Assembly (NCBI GenBank): GCA_964016885.1
Contig: OZ024740.1
Coordinates: forward strand, 50,902,001 to 50,966,000
Length of the DNA stretch: 64,000 bases
Direction of reading: 5' to 3'
DNA from: Eledone cirrhosa
Taxonomy: Eukaryota
The notes under the pieces are model-generated. The model had not been told where the DNA came from and did not search any database. It was given only the letters and a program-made list of their open reading frames with translations. Shown here in pieces: positions 12,351-25,457 of the stretch. The first letter of the stretch is position 1. Every line of letters begins with the position of its first letter. The translations under genes and the position numbers were made by a program.

Positions 12351-12621
12351 AAACAATTACATCTCCCTCTTCTAATGATATATACCTATCTCAGCACTTA
12401 TGGACTATTATGCTACACACACTCATATGTATATATACATATATATGTGTGTTTGTTTGTATCTTTGTTTTCACTTTATATATTACTTTAATTGCAGTGA
12501 TGTTTGTTTATGTCTTGCATAAACAAAAGTCTTGCAGCACAAGAAGAAAACAGAAAGCAAAAAAAAACAACACATTATGAAATATGTAATATAACTAGTC
12601 AATAATAATAATAATAATCAT

Positions 12622-13135
12622 GATTTCTGATTTAGGCACAGAACCTGCAATCTTGTGGGGAAGGGAAAGCCGATTAAATCGACCCCAGTGCATTACTGGT
12701 ACTTTATTTTATCAACCCCCGTAAGGATGAAAGGCAAAGCTAACTTCGCTGGGATTTGAACTCAGAACATAACTCTATGCAGCAAAGTATATTGTCCGAC
12801 ACTCCACCGATACTGCCAATCCGCTGCCCTATATAATAATAATAATAATAATGTTTCTACTTTTGGCACAAGGCCAGCAATTTCCACAATGCATTACTGG
12901 TACTTTATTTTATCAACCCCGTAAGGATGAAAGGCAAAGTTAACCTCGACGGGATTTGAACTCAGACCATATCCTTCCGAGGTTAACTGTGCCTTAATGA
13001 TGATAATAATTGTTTCTTCTTTTGGCCAGCAAATACCCAGTGCATTACTGGTACTTTATTTTATCGACCCCGTAAGGATGAAAAGCAAAGTTAACCTCGA
13101 CGGGATTTGAACTCAGCCCATAAAGAGCCGTATCT
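12622..13135 (-). mobile_element. Three head-to-tail SINE family A copies separated by (AAT)n
   Basis: Copies at ~12622-12830, 12851-12968, 13010-13135. Confidence 0.85.
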
Positions 13136-13160
13136 CTAATGATGATAATAATAATAGATT

Positions 13161-13370
13161 AGGGTGGTGGGTTGGCTGTATCGGTAGAACATTGGACAAA
13201 ATGCTTTGCAGTATTTAGTTATGATTTTTTACATTCTGAGTTCAAAGCCTGCTGAGGTCAACTTTACCTTTCATCCTTCTGAGGTTGATAAAATAGAATA
13301 CCAGTTAACTACTGGGGATGATATAATTGACTTTCCTATTCTAAAAGTTCCTGGCATATATTAGAAAAAA
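13161..13370 (+). mobile_element. SINE family A (older)
   Basis: tRNA-like head, ctgagttcaaa B-box, core. Confidence 0.75.
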
Positions 13371-14188
13371 AAAATCATTGTTAGTGAATACAGTCAAATT
13401 CAATAAAACTAAGAGAAGTAAAAAGAAAACGTGACATATTTGATATGTTGAATTCAAGATTAACTATATTTGGTAACAATTTACTTTTGGTTTCTTATCA
13501 GGGAAGATCTTATTTCTTGCTAGTCAGAATACTTTAAATTTAGAATTTTGGAGTCTACTTATATATTATTTTCTTTTCTACTTTTAATCATTTTCTTAAA
13601 CAGGTTGTTGTTGTTGTTGTTTAGCCTGAGGTCAAGTCTGATTGAGTAGCTCTATGATTAAAGGTATTCTAGCTGTGAATGTACTGTAATTTATTCATAC
13701 AGTGTATTAAAGACTACATCAGTTGAAGTGTCCTGTCTTTTTTGAGGGTGGTTTAGCTGCTATTCCTAGCAGAGCTGAGCAACTCCATTATGTGATTTGT
13801 GATCTTTCTTTTTGGTTTTATTTGTGACTTGTCATCTATGCCTCTCTGTTACTTATATAAGAAACCAATATATACACAATTAGTGACAACTTTGTATGGT
13901 TTGCTTGATACAATCCTTCCAGCAGGGGAAAAAAAACAAATGTTCAAAGCTGTGCATTGAATAAAAAAAAACATCTTCAAAACTTCTTTAAATTTAATCA
14001 GAATGTTTTGTGAAGTGTTCTCACAGTTGTCATATTTATCTTAGCTAATGTTGACACATTCTTCTGTCATTGAATAAATATACATATTTTGAAACATTGG
14101 CTTCTATATATATATATACACACACACATATATATATATATATATATTTGCTACTTGCTAGCAGGGAAAGCAGACGTTAAAACGACAA

Positions 14189-14248
<60 letters not shown>

Positions 14249-14408
14249 ACGTCTTTTATATTATTGTTCTGCATTCTCCTGCATTGAACCACCTAGGTAC
14301 TATGACATAACCTGTGTATTTGCTGGCATTAGCGTACATCTGTGCGCTTATGTTAGTAGATATATTAAATTATCTCTCTATATATATATATATATATTTA
14401 TTAAAATA

Positions 14409-14484
14409 ACAGATTAAAGTTTAAGCAAAGAATCGCTGCTTTCACCCTTAACGGGATCTTCTGAAACTAACAAAGTCAATCTGT
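14409..14484 (-). ncRNA. Type-I hammerhead-like motif (CAGAAGA core), inverted copy
   Basis: Reverse complement of 15389-15464. Confidence 0.6.
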
Positions 14485-15388
14485 AAACGCAGAAACAACA
14501 CATCACCCAGTCTGAGAATTGAACTCACAACCTTTCGATTGCAAGGCCAATGCTGTAAGCAGAAATGAAGTCAAGTTTGCATCATAAATAACTCTTGCAC
14601 TGGAGATATGTGAACAGAAGTGCCTGCAAGGAATTGGACAATTGAAGATTTCAATACTTATATATACATTGTGGGAAAGACAAAAGCTATACTTCAGAGC
14701 ATTTGCTGGATGTAAAGTCAACAAAACAACTGGGTAGACAACATCCAAAATGATATTGGAATTCCCCTTTTTGCATGTGAATGTTCTCATTGAAGATCAA
14801 ACTTTTTTGGAAACATTAGATTTGTAAAAAGCAAAGGATGCACAGAAATCCTATATGTAATATCAAGTAATATATACACACACGCATGCACGTACGCACA
14901 CACATAACCCTTGCTAGTTGAGAAATGGATGTTAGATTATATATATACACACACACACACACCTCTCACACACATACATTGATATATATATGTATATATA
15001 TATATAGTAATAATAATAAATTTGAAGACTAAAATCCAAAGAGGGCTCGATTAGAATTTTAGTCTACGACTTCTGCTATACCATTTACGTGGTTTTGTCT
15101 TTGCGTGCTATTGTTCTCCACGCTCCACATATGACGTATTATCTTCGTTTTTTCGTTCATTGCCAAAGAACGTCTCTATGCACCACCTAAGAGAACATTA
15201 GTCTACGACCTCTTTTATACCATAAACGTGGTTCTGTCTTTGCGCGTAATTGTTTTTCACCGCTCCTATTAATGACGTATTATTCGTTTTTTCCCGTTCT
15301 TCGCCAGCGAATGTTTCCACGAACCAAAGTATCGTCTTCCTGTCTTCCTCCGGTTGCAACGTTTTTTGAAATATCGAGTTCTGCGTTT

Positions 15389-15464
15389 ACAGATTGACTT
15401 TGTTAGTTTCAGAAGATCCCGTTAAGGGTGAAAGCAGCGATTCCTTGCTTAAACTTTAATCTGT
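15389..15464 (+). ncRNA. Type-I hammerhead-like motif with U4A core (CAGAAGA)
   Basis: Stem I AGTTT/AAACT extended by acagattga/ttaatctgt across a bulge; stem II CCC-gttaa-GGG; GAAA; stem III AGCAG/TTGCT; triplet CUU. Confidence 0.6.
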
Positions 15465-16020
15465 TATTTTAATAAATATTTGCTCTACGGTTCTTATATA
15501 TTTGATATATATTTATCCTTATCGAGCCCTCTTTGGATTTTAGTCTTCAAATTTATTATTATTACTATATATATATATACATATATATATCAATGTATGT
15601 GTGTGAGAGGTGTGTGTGTGTGTATATATATAATCTAACATCCATTTCTCAACTAGCAAGGGTTATGTGTGTGTGTGCGTGCGTGCATGCGTGTGTGTAT
15701 ATATTACTTGATATTACATATAGGATTTCTGTGCATCCTTTGCTTTTTACAAATCTAATGTTTCCAAAAAAGTTTGATCTTCAATGAGAACATTCACATG
15801 CAAAAAGGGGAATTCCAATATCATTTTGGATGTTGTCTACCCAGTTGTTTTGTTGACTTTACATCCAGCAAATGCTCTGAAGTATAGTTTTTGTCTTTCC
15901 CACAATGTATATATATGTATTGAAATGTTCAATTGTCCAATTCCTTGCAGGCACTTCTGTCCACATATCTCCACTGCCAAAGTTATTTATGATGCAAACT
16001 TGACTTCATTTCTGCTTACT

Positions 16021-16089
<69 letters not shown>

Positions 16090-16091
<2 letters not shown>

Positions 16092-16406
16092 AGGCACATG
16101 GCTTAGTGGTATGAGCATTGGCCTTGCAATCGAAAGGTTGTTGTTGTTTCCTTGAGCAAGACACTTTATTTCACATTGCTCCAGTTTACTCAGCTGTAGA
16201 AATGAGATGATAGGGACTGGGGTCCATATCATTCCACTGCAAAGTGGTCGTGGAGGTGCCACAGCAAAAAAAGCACCCAGCACTCACTGTAGGTTGGTGT
16301 TAGGAAGGGCATCCAGCTGTAGAAATCAAGCCAGAATCAGTTCCCGTCCCACCCTTGCAAGCAGGAAAAAAGCGGACGTAAAATGAAATGATGATGATGA
16401 TGATGA
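16090..16406 (+). mobile_element. SINE family B (tRNA head, CORE-like centre, RTE-like tail)
   Basis: ggaggcacatggcttagtggt head; ccttgagcaagacactttatttcac centre; ggttggtgttaggaagggcatccagctgtagaaa and (GAT)n tail as in RTE copies. Confidence 0.8.
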
Positions 16407-16581
16407 TATATATATATATATATATATATATAGGAACCTTTTCCTATTACCCACTCTACTACCCAAAGTATCGAGTACAGCCATTTCGACAGCTAGATCC
16501 GAGCTAAATATTGAGTACTCTGGTGTGTTATGGTCCACCTGGTTTCTTACCACACTTTCTTTGTTATATATATATATGAGG

Positions 16582-17461
16582 CAGTCAGAACTGGATGGAA
16601 AAACTATTAGCCGCTAAAGGGTTCTCCCTAAAAATGAAAGGCAGGCTGTATGATGCTTGAATACGAACAGTAATGTTGCATGGCAGTGAGACCTGGGCAT
16701 TGTGTGCAGAGGATATACGCAGACTAGAGAGGAACGAAGCTTGCATGCTCCGCTGGATGTGTAATAGTAATATACATGAACGGCAAAGCATAAACGAACT
16801 AAGGGAAAAATTAGAAATAAGAGGATCAGATGTTTACTCGAGAGAAGGCTACGATGGTATGGTCACGTGATGCGCATGAAAGACGACAGCTGTATAAAAA
16901 AGTGCAGGGCAATAAAAATAGACAGTAGCCACGGAGTAGGCAGACCCAGAAAAACCTGGGATGACTTGATAAATTCCGACCTCACACACTTACACCTCTC
17001 CAAGACAATGTCACTGGACCGAGATCTTTGGCGCTACACAGTAATACAGAAGACCCGCCTTACCTAAATACAAAGTAAAACCTACTACAGTCAGTAGGCA
17101 CCTCTAACAAAATACACTCCGTCCCACTACCCCCACCCCATCTACACCACCCCTTTCGATGTAAAGTTATGTTGGTACCACAACATCCAGGCCGAAACAA
17201 ATGAGGTCGTGTAGGTGTCACGACAAAAAAACACACAGTTCACGCTGTAATGTGGCCGTGTAGGCAACACGGTAAAAACCTCCTAGTCCCACACTGTAAA
17301 TGTGGTTGGTGTTAGGAAGGGCATCCAGCTGTAGAAAACCCGCCAGACAGTCCTATGGGAGCAAGACAACCACTCTTGCCTCAAGTGGGAAAACTCTCGT
17401 CCAAACCCATGCAAGCGTGGAACATGGACGTTAAACGATGATGATGATGATGATGATGATG
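16582..17461 (+). mobile_element. RTE-clade LINE 3' fragment
   Basis: MLHGSETWALCAEDIRRLERNEACMLRWMC; GRPRKTW; (GAT)n tail. Confidence 0.9.
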
Positions 17462-17661
17462 AACTAATTAAGCATCTATCTCTTTTGTTTTGTTTTCATT
17501 GTTCTACACACACACATATATGTCACTGACTCTGTAACCTGATGGTAGTTGCCTACTACAAAAACTACCAGTCACACCGCTTAATCTCATGTAACCATCT
17601 TTCCAAGGACATATTGAGTTCTAACAACATTATCAGCCCCACCCCAAGCGGGTGGAATATG

Positions 17662-17719
<58 letters not shown>

Positions 17720-18061
17720 TCGTTTTAATTCCACAATAAAAAACACACTGTCCCCACTGTAACATGGTTGGTCTTAGGAATGGCATCTAACTGTAGGAGC
17801 CAAGCCAAAATACAGACCTTGGAAAAATAGACTTTAACCAATGATGATATATATATATATATACCATGTAGGTATCAAGGTAAAAACCTCCCAGTCCACA
17901 CTAAACGTGGTTGGTGTTAGGAAGCACATCCATCCGTAGAAAACCTACCAGACAGTCTTATACGAGCGAGACATGGTCACCCGACCAATCTTGCCTCAAG
18001 TAGGATAATTCCCGTGGAAGATAGACGTTAAAGAATGATGATGATGATGATGATGATGATA

Positions 18062-20218
18062 CAGGGTGTATCAGGTAAATTGTGACAAGTTTCAAATGGG
18101 TATATTTCTAATTGTATAGATTTTGTTGGAGTCTAAATTTTAAATATTACAAGCTTGGATAATCACTTGTACTATTTTTTTTATTTCAGATTGAACAAAT
18201 TATGAATGTTAATAAAGAATTAAACTGTATAAGTGTAATTGCTGAATTATTCTGTGCTGGGGATTTTGTTAGAGCTACAAAGTATGCCAAATCTACTGTT
18301 TTTAGACTTCAATTTGAAGAAAAGTCAGGATGTTTAGAGACAGCCTCACAGTCCTCGCACTGACTGGAAATGAACACCTGCAATCTGACCTGGACACAAT
18401 GCAACAATGGATCACAGACTGGCAACTCAAGCTAGCTGTGGACAAGTGTACCACCATGCATTTTGGGAGTAAAAACCCAACGTCCACATACACCCCCCAC
18501 AACACTAATATCAAGAAGTCTTCTTGTGAACGTGACCTGGGCATTACAGCCAGCAGCGATTTGCGTTGGATGAAGCACGTCTCTAAAATTGTCAAGAAGG
18601 CCGAGTGTGTCTTAGCATCACTCAGCAAGACCTTTGTCAGCCGCTCTCCAGCTATCTATTTAAAGCTGTATATAGCTATGGTGTGGCTACACTTAGAATT
18701 TGCATCACCAGTCTGGAACCCCTATCTTGCTCAGAACATTGACCGCCTAGAAACTGTTCAGAGACGTGCAACCAAGCGAATACCCTTCATAGGCATCTAC
18801 CATACACTGAACGCCTTACTTCCCTGGGCATGAATACATTGAAGCTCCGACATCTGGCAACTGACTTGGTAAACACCCACAAAATTATTAACCATCTTGC
18901 CAACAACAACTCTGAGTACCTTTTTGATTTCCATGTGTCTAACACACGTGGGCATGCCAACAAAGTCACAAAACAGCATAGCTCCCATGACTTTCAGAAA
19001 CATTTTTTCACGCTCAGAGTTGCTGAAGCATGGAACAAACTCCCTGCATCAGTTGTTAGTTGTTGAGACACTGCATCCTTTAAAACCTCCAAGCTTCCTG
19101 AGATTCACCAACACTACACCTAATATTCCTCCTCCATACACACGCACACATGTATATCATGACTCATACACTATTTACTTCCCTGACATTTGTACATTAT
19201 TCTATGTACTATACATGCATCTTTGATGAGTTGTAGTGCACCTGAGCACTGTACACAATAATTTCATTATTATTATTATTATTATTAAAAGATCAATTGA
19301 GTCAAACCCATCAAATTCGATGGCAATGTTGGCTCAAGATCAAGGAATCAGTAAAATGACCATTTCCAGCTCTGTGAGGTAAGACCTCCATATGAAATTG
19401 TACGTGAGGAGACACTGTAACATTCTAACTATCCGCTCCAAAGCCATTTGATCTAAAAGAAGTCTCAAACCTCTTAGTCATCTGAAACATCGTGGCGGTG
19501 ATGTCTGCGTCTTCGTGGATGAAAAGAAGTTCGTGGTAGACGAAGTTGCAAACTGTCAAAACTCATGAGTGATAGTGTCTGACTGTTCCCAAGTTCCTTC
19601 AGCTATGCATAGCAAGAATCCGGCTTCCATTATGGTCTTTGGAACAGTTGCAAGTGATGGGAAATTGATGCCTCCTCATTTTATTGAAGTGGGTCTTAAA
19701 ATCAACACAGCAGAGTATCTCAAAACCTTAGAAGTTTTGTTGCCTTGGATTAGGAAACATTATGATGCAAGTTGAGTCATGTTTATACAGGACTCCGTGC
19801 CCGCCCATTCTTCAAAAAGAGTGCAAGAATTTTTAAAAAGGAAATGCCCATATTTGTCCCTAAAGATATCTGGCCCTCTAGCTCATCAGATTTGAATCCA
19901 TGTGATTTTTGGCTATGGAACGCAGTTGAAACAATATACAACACATCTTATTACAACTGTGTGTCATCACTGAAGGCTTCAATCAACCGAGCATTCAATA
20001 AAATGAAAAAGGAAGAAATAGTTAAGGCATGCGCATCATTTCGTAAATAGATTGAACTGGTAAAGAAAGCAAATGGGGGCTCACATTAAACTGAAATAAG
20101 TGAATAACACTCCACAGTAAATTGGCATAAACATAAAATTTGCAGTGTTTCATTTTTCTGAGTTATAACAATTATAATAAGGATATTTAAATGGTCCCAA
20201 TTTACCTGTTACACGCTG
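18062..20218 (+). mobile_element. Tc1/mariner DD37D (maT-type) transposon, decayed, split by a CR1 insertion
   Basis: TA-cagggtgtatcaggtaaattg ... caatttacctgttacacgctg-TA; VFVDEKKF, IMVFGTVASDG, QDSVPAH...WPSSSSDLNPCDF. Confidence 0.9.
18377..19286 (+). mobile_element. CR1-clade LINE 3' fragment with (ATT)n tail
   Basis: LQSDLDTMQQWITDWQLKLAVDKC, ERDLG, HLEFASPVWNPY, LETVQRRATK, TRGH, WNKLP. Confidence 0.9.
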
Positions 20219-20221
20219 TAT

Positions 20222-20222
<1 letters not shown>

Positions 20223-20252
<30 letters not shown>

Positions 20253-20872
20253 ACGTTTAACGTCCGTGTTCCACGCTTGCATGGGTTTGAACGGGGGTAG
20301 TCCCACTTGAGGCAAGAGTGATTGTCTTGCTCGCATAGGACTGTCTGGCAGGTTTTCTACAGTTGGATGCCCTTCCTAACACCAACCACATTTACAGTGT
20401 GGGTCTGGGAGGTTTTTACCGTGTTGCCTACACGGCCACATTACAGCGTGGACTGTGTGTTTTTTTGTCGTGACACCTACACGATCTCATTTGTTTCGGC
20501 CTGGATGGCGCGGCACCAACATAACTTTACATAGAACGGGGTGGTGTGGATGGGGTGGGGGTGGTGGGGGTGGGACGGGGTGTATTTTGTTAGAGATGCC
20601 TACTGGCTGGAGTAGGTTTTACTATATATTTAGGTAAGGCGGGTCTTCTCTGTTACTGAGTACCGCCAAAGGTCTCGGTCCAGTGACATTGTCTTGGAGA
20701 GGAGTAAGTGTGTGATGTCGGAGTTTATCAGCTCGTCCCAGGTTTTTCTAGGTCTGCCTATTCCGTGACTACCGTCTATCTTTATTGCCCTGCACTTTGT
20801 TATACAGCTATCGACTTTCATGCGCATCGCGTGTCCATACCAACGTAGCCTTCTCTCGAGTAAACAACATCT
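20223..20872 (-). mobile_element. RTE-clade LINE 3' fragment
   Basis: Near reverse complement of 16824-17461. Confidence 0.9.
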
Positions 20873-20888
20873 GATATATATATATATA

Positions 20889-21261
20889 TCATCATCATCA
20901 TCATCATCATTTTACATCCGCTTTTCCCTGCTTGCAAGGGTGGGATGGGAACTGATTCTGGCTTAATTTCTACAGCTGGATGCTTTACAGTGAGTGTTGG
21001 GTGCTTTTTTTCCATGGGGCCTACATGTCCACTTTACAGTGAGTGCTGGATGCTTTTTTGCCGTGGCACCTCCACGACCACTTTGCAGTGGAATGATAGG
21101 GACCCCAGTCCTATCATCTCATTTCTACAGCTGAGTAAACTGGAGTAATCTGAAATAAAGTGTCTTGCTCAAGGAAACAACACATCACCCGGTCTGAGAA
21201 TTGAACTCACAACCTTTTGATTGCAAGCCCAATGCTCTAACCACTAAGCCATGTGCCTCCA
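20889..21261 (-). mobile_element. SINE family B, full length
   Basis: Reverse complement of the 16090 family, with B-box gagttcaattc retained. Confidence 0.85.
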
Positions 21262-21383
21262 TATATATATATATATATGTGTGTGTGTGTATTTGTTTAT
21301 GCATATATATATATATATTTAAAAGTTAAACAAGGTTCAATGAATACTTCAAAGAATGAGTTTTACAATAGATTGGAAGCACT

Positions 21384-21472
<89 letters not shown>

Positions 21473-22379
21473 AACATACACACACATATATATATATGTA
21501 TGGTCCTGTAACCCCTGATAGTCGTACGGGCACCGTATTGTCATACAACATTTCTTGGGCAGAGTCCATCCCTCTCCAGGCTTGAGTACAGCAGATTTCT
21601 TCCAGAGAAAAATAGAAAGTGAAAGAGAGGAAATGAGAAAGAAATTTAGAGGAAGAATGGACGCCAGGACTACTAGACTGGTACTTTCTTTTATCGAACT
21701 TGAAAGGCTGAAAAAAAAAAGCTGACCTTGGTGGGATTTGAACTCAGAGAGCCGGATTACCATAAAGCATTCTATCCAACATTCTAACGACTCTGCCAAT
21801 TCGCCGCCTATATATATATACAAACACACAAACATATATATACACATGCACACACGTACATTCACCTTCACATTACACACATATTATAAGTGTACCACCA
21901 AGAAAATATAACCCTTATCATAACATTTCTTCAAAATACTAATCCCAAAGCATCACCATTAAAATTTTACTACTATCAATACAAACTCTATTATCTGCTA
22001 TCACTACTGCCACCATTTATTCATTAATACTATCAAAACATTGCCTCCAAGTATTTCTAGAAAAATCACCCTTACAAAATAACAACCACTACCAAGACCA
22101 TCACTACCAAAATAACACTACTACCAACAACACATCATAAAATAGCGACAATACTATATATATATGTATATAAAACAAACTGTCACAGCTGACACCACCA
22201 CTACCATCACAACAACAGCAGCAGCAATAACAACAATCATAACCACTACCACAGCAACTATCATCTAGATCACTGATACCACCACCACCACAACAACAGC
22301 AACAACAACAACAACCACCATCAGCAGAGTCATAGACATTTTCAAGTTACTTATTATTGCTGCTGCTGCTGCTGCTGCT

Positions 22380-22580
22380 GTAGAATCGGTAGAGCATCGG
22401 ACACCTTGCTTCGCGGCATAGTTACGTCTCTTTGCGTTCTGAGTTCAAATCCTGCCGAGGTTAACTTTGCCTTTCATCCTTGTGGGGGTCGATAAAATAA
22501 AGTACCAGTAATGCACTGGGGCCGATTTAATCGACTTCCCCTCCCCCAAAATTGCTGGCCTTGTGCCTATATAAGAAACA
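22380..22580 (+). mobile_element. SINE family A
   Basis: B-box, core and (ATT)n tail. Confidence 0.85.
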
Positions 22581-22597
22581 ATTATTATTATTATTAT

Positions 22598-22668
<71 letters not shown>

Positions 22669-24519
22669 GTAGGAGGTGAGTTTTATTGTAGCACAATAAA
22701 GCAATGCAAATATCGGATAAGTAGCACTCTACAGTTTGTAGGACTGGAGTCTTAATATAAGATCAAATATAATATAAGATCAAAAGATAAGGAAGAGGAA
22801 GAAATAAGAGTAAAGGATGGTGGGGGAGGAGTATAAGAAGGAGGGATGAGAGAGGAGGAGAAATGGGTGATAGAGAGAGAGAGATAGCCTTTACAACTGA
22901 GAAAATATTGTCTCACAGAGAGAAATTAAAAAAACCGTTGGAAGATAATAGATAATTTAAAAGATTTTGAAATTAAAAGTTAATGAGGTTTATGCATGAA
23001 GAAAAAGGAATTAAGAGCAGTATTAAATTAAGGTTTCTATATTGAAGGGTTTAATAATATGTGCGAAAAAAAGAATTTATTAATATGTATTATTAAAATA
23101 AAAATATTAATGATATTAAGGATATAATGTGAAAGAAGGAGAAGAATAAATGAGTTATGAACTTAGAGGAATTAGTTAGGGTTTAAGTTTGTTTTTATGT
23201 ATTGTAATATGTAAACGTAAATAGTAGGTTTAAAATGAGCACGGAAGGAGAGAAGAAAAAAGAAAGTTTAAGGAAGAAAATATCTAACGTCAAAAAGTAT
23301 ATATGTTTACGAAACATTTTCTAATGGTAATATTATAATATATTAAAAAAGAAATTAGTTAGGGTTTAAGTTTGTTTTTATGTATTGTAATATGTAAAAG
23401 TAAAATAGTAGGTTTAAAACGAGCAGAGAAGAAAGAAGAAAATTTTAAGGAAGAAAAAAAATATCTAACGTCAAAAAGTTAATATGTTTACGAAAATCTT
23501 CTAATGGTAATATTATAATGTATTTTTTTTAAATATATAGTTTTAATGGCCAATAATATGAGGAAAGATGGAAGAATGGAAATAATAACTCTGTTAATTT
23601 CTCTAATCGTATTTGTAATTGCCCTATTAGAACTAAATGTCCTCTTAATAACCATTGTCTTGATAAAAACTTAGTCTATGAATGTAAGGTTATAACTGAT
23701 ACTAATTCTTTTACCTATTTCGGTTCCACTTCCACTTCCTTCAAAGCTAGATTTTGTAATCACAAATCGTCTTTTAAATACCAACTTAAAAGAACTAACA
23801 CTGCACTTTAAAAGACAAAAATATTAACTATAACATCTCTTGGAGGAAGGTTTGCTCCGCCTTTCCTTACTTAAATTCTTCCCTATCCAGAACATGTAAT
23901 CTCTGCCTAGCCGAGAAATTTACCATTATATCTAATTTCAATTCTATAATAAATAGACGCACAGATTTATTTTCGCTCTGCTTGCATAAATCCCATAGAA
24001 CATTCCATAAAGTATACAGCTAATATCTCAGCACCTTATTAGTTTAAAATCCTCTTTTCTCAAAGGTTTATATATCTTTTACAAATATACCCAACTTTCT
24101 ACCTTATTTCAGTATTATATATTATATAATACAATTTACTAATTCTATGTCATAATCCCCTATCTTTCTTCTTTATCATTTTCTTTTCTTCCTTTTTTTC
24201 TTTTATAATTTCTAATCTCTAATCTGTACTTTTTCTTCCCAATTACTTCTCAATTCATATTATTACTCACTACAGCATTATCCATTCTTCCATCTTTCCT
24301 CATATTATTGGCCATTAAAACTATATTTTTTTAAATACATTATAATATTACCATTAGAAGATTTTCGTAAACATATTAACTTAGATATTTTTTTTCTTCC
24401 TTAAATTTTTCTTCTTTCTTCTCTCCTTCCATGCTCGTTTTAAACCTACTATTTACTTTTACTTTTACATATTACAATACATAAAAACAAACTTAAACCC
24501 TAACTAATTTCTTTTTTAA

Positions 24520-25457
24520 TCTATATATATAAAACTGTGGTTGTCTGTCTGTCTATCGATTTTTGGCACACATCTCCTCTTAGAATCTCTCACGGAATTG
24601 CACCGAAATTGCTATACTTGTACATTGAGCCCTAGCGAAGACATCGGAAAAAAAAATTTCAAATTGACCCACCCTATGTGACGAAATCGAATATAATGTA
24701 TCGATTTTTGAGCGTAAGTTATCAGTTATTTCCCTTTGTTCTGTTTACATTGAGCGTCTTACGTAAAAAATTACGCTGGCTTTCTCAGCGTTTAAAATGA
24801 CATTAACACAATACACGAACAAAATTCATCAGTTCGAACACTAAGCTTCCGTTTTGCTTCATTTCCATTTAAAAGCATTTTAAAACAATATTTTTACTTG
24901 AAAACAAGTCTATTTAAAGACTACGTAAAACAAGCAAATATTTCGTCGTTAGGCGTGCAGACAGACAGTCGTGCAGAGAGGTGATATACGCGTGCAGACA
25001 GATAGTCGTGCAGAGAGGTGATATATGCGTGCAGACAGACAGTCGTGCAGAGAGGTGATATAGGCGTGCAGACAGACAGTCGTGCAGAGAGGTGATATAG
25101 GCGTGCAGACAGGCAGTCGTGCAGAGAGGTGATATAGGCGTGCAGACAGACATAACTGATAATTTGGTTACGCTAATGTTTTTCTCTGCGTTGCAGTGTT
25201 TACATTTTCGATCTTTGTTAATAAATAACCAGTGCAGTTTCTATCCCCAGCATCCTCTTTTGTTATAGCATTCGGGTTATCGTTATGTTTTCTTAACTTC
25301 ATAAGGCATATTGTTGGTTGAGGGAATATTAATCAAAAACACCACATGCAAGTCTGCACAGTAGACACTACAGTTTTTAAGCCAAGAAAGAAACTTAACA
25401 TTGTAACTTTAACACAGCTACTGAGCGACCCCGAGCAACGCCGGGCTTTACTGCTAG
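24520..25457 (+). mobile_element. Non-autonomous Helitron
   Basis: 5' TCTATATATATAAAA, 3' hairpin cccgagcaacgccggg then CTAG; inserted between A and T without TSD, as shown by the empty site in the inverted arm (~23341). Confidence 0.9.
24951..25152. repeat. 37-bp minisatellite inside the Helitron
   Basis: aggcgtgcagacagacagtcgtgcagagaggtgatat, about 5.5 copies. Confidence 0.9.

Larger units (their letters stand above)
14394..16019. repeat. Large inverted-repeat structure around a PLE terminal repeat
   Basis: 14555-15051 is the reverse complement of 15521-16019; 14394-14493 of ~15379-15479; 15050-15560 matches 61664-62147. Confidence 0.9.

Noticed and set aside
14503-16155. Duplicated MRTFTCKKGN... 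ORFs as a gene pair
   Set aside because: By-product of the inverted duplication; they run into SINE or (TA)n sequence and show no recognisable domain
17535-17575. ctgatgg-tagt/acta-caaaa hammerhead-like motif; also doubled ctgatga at 27372-27397
   Set aside because: Multiple core mismatches and no complete three-stem fold
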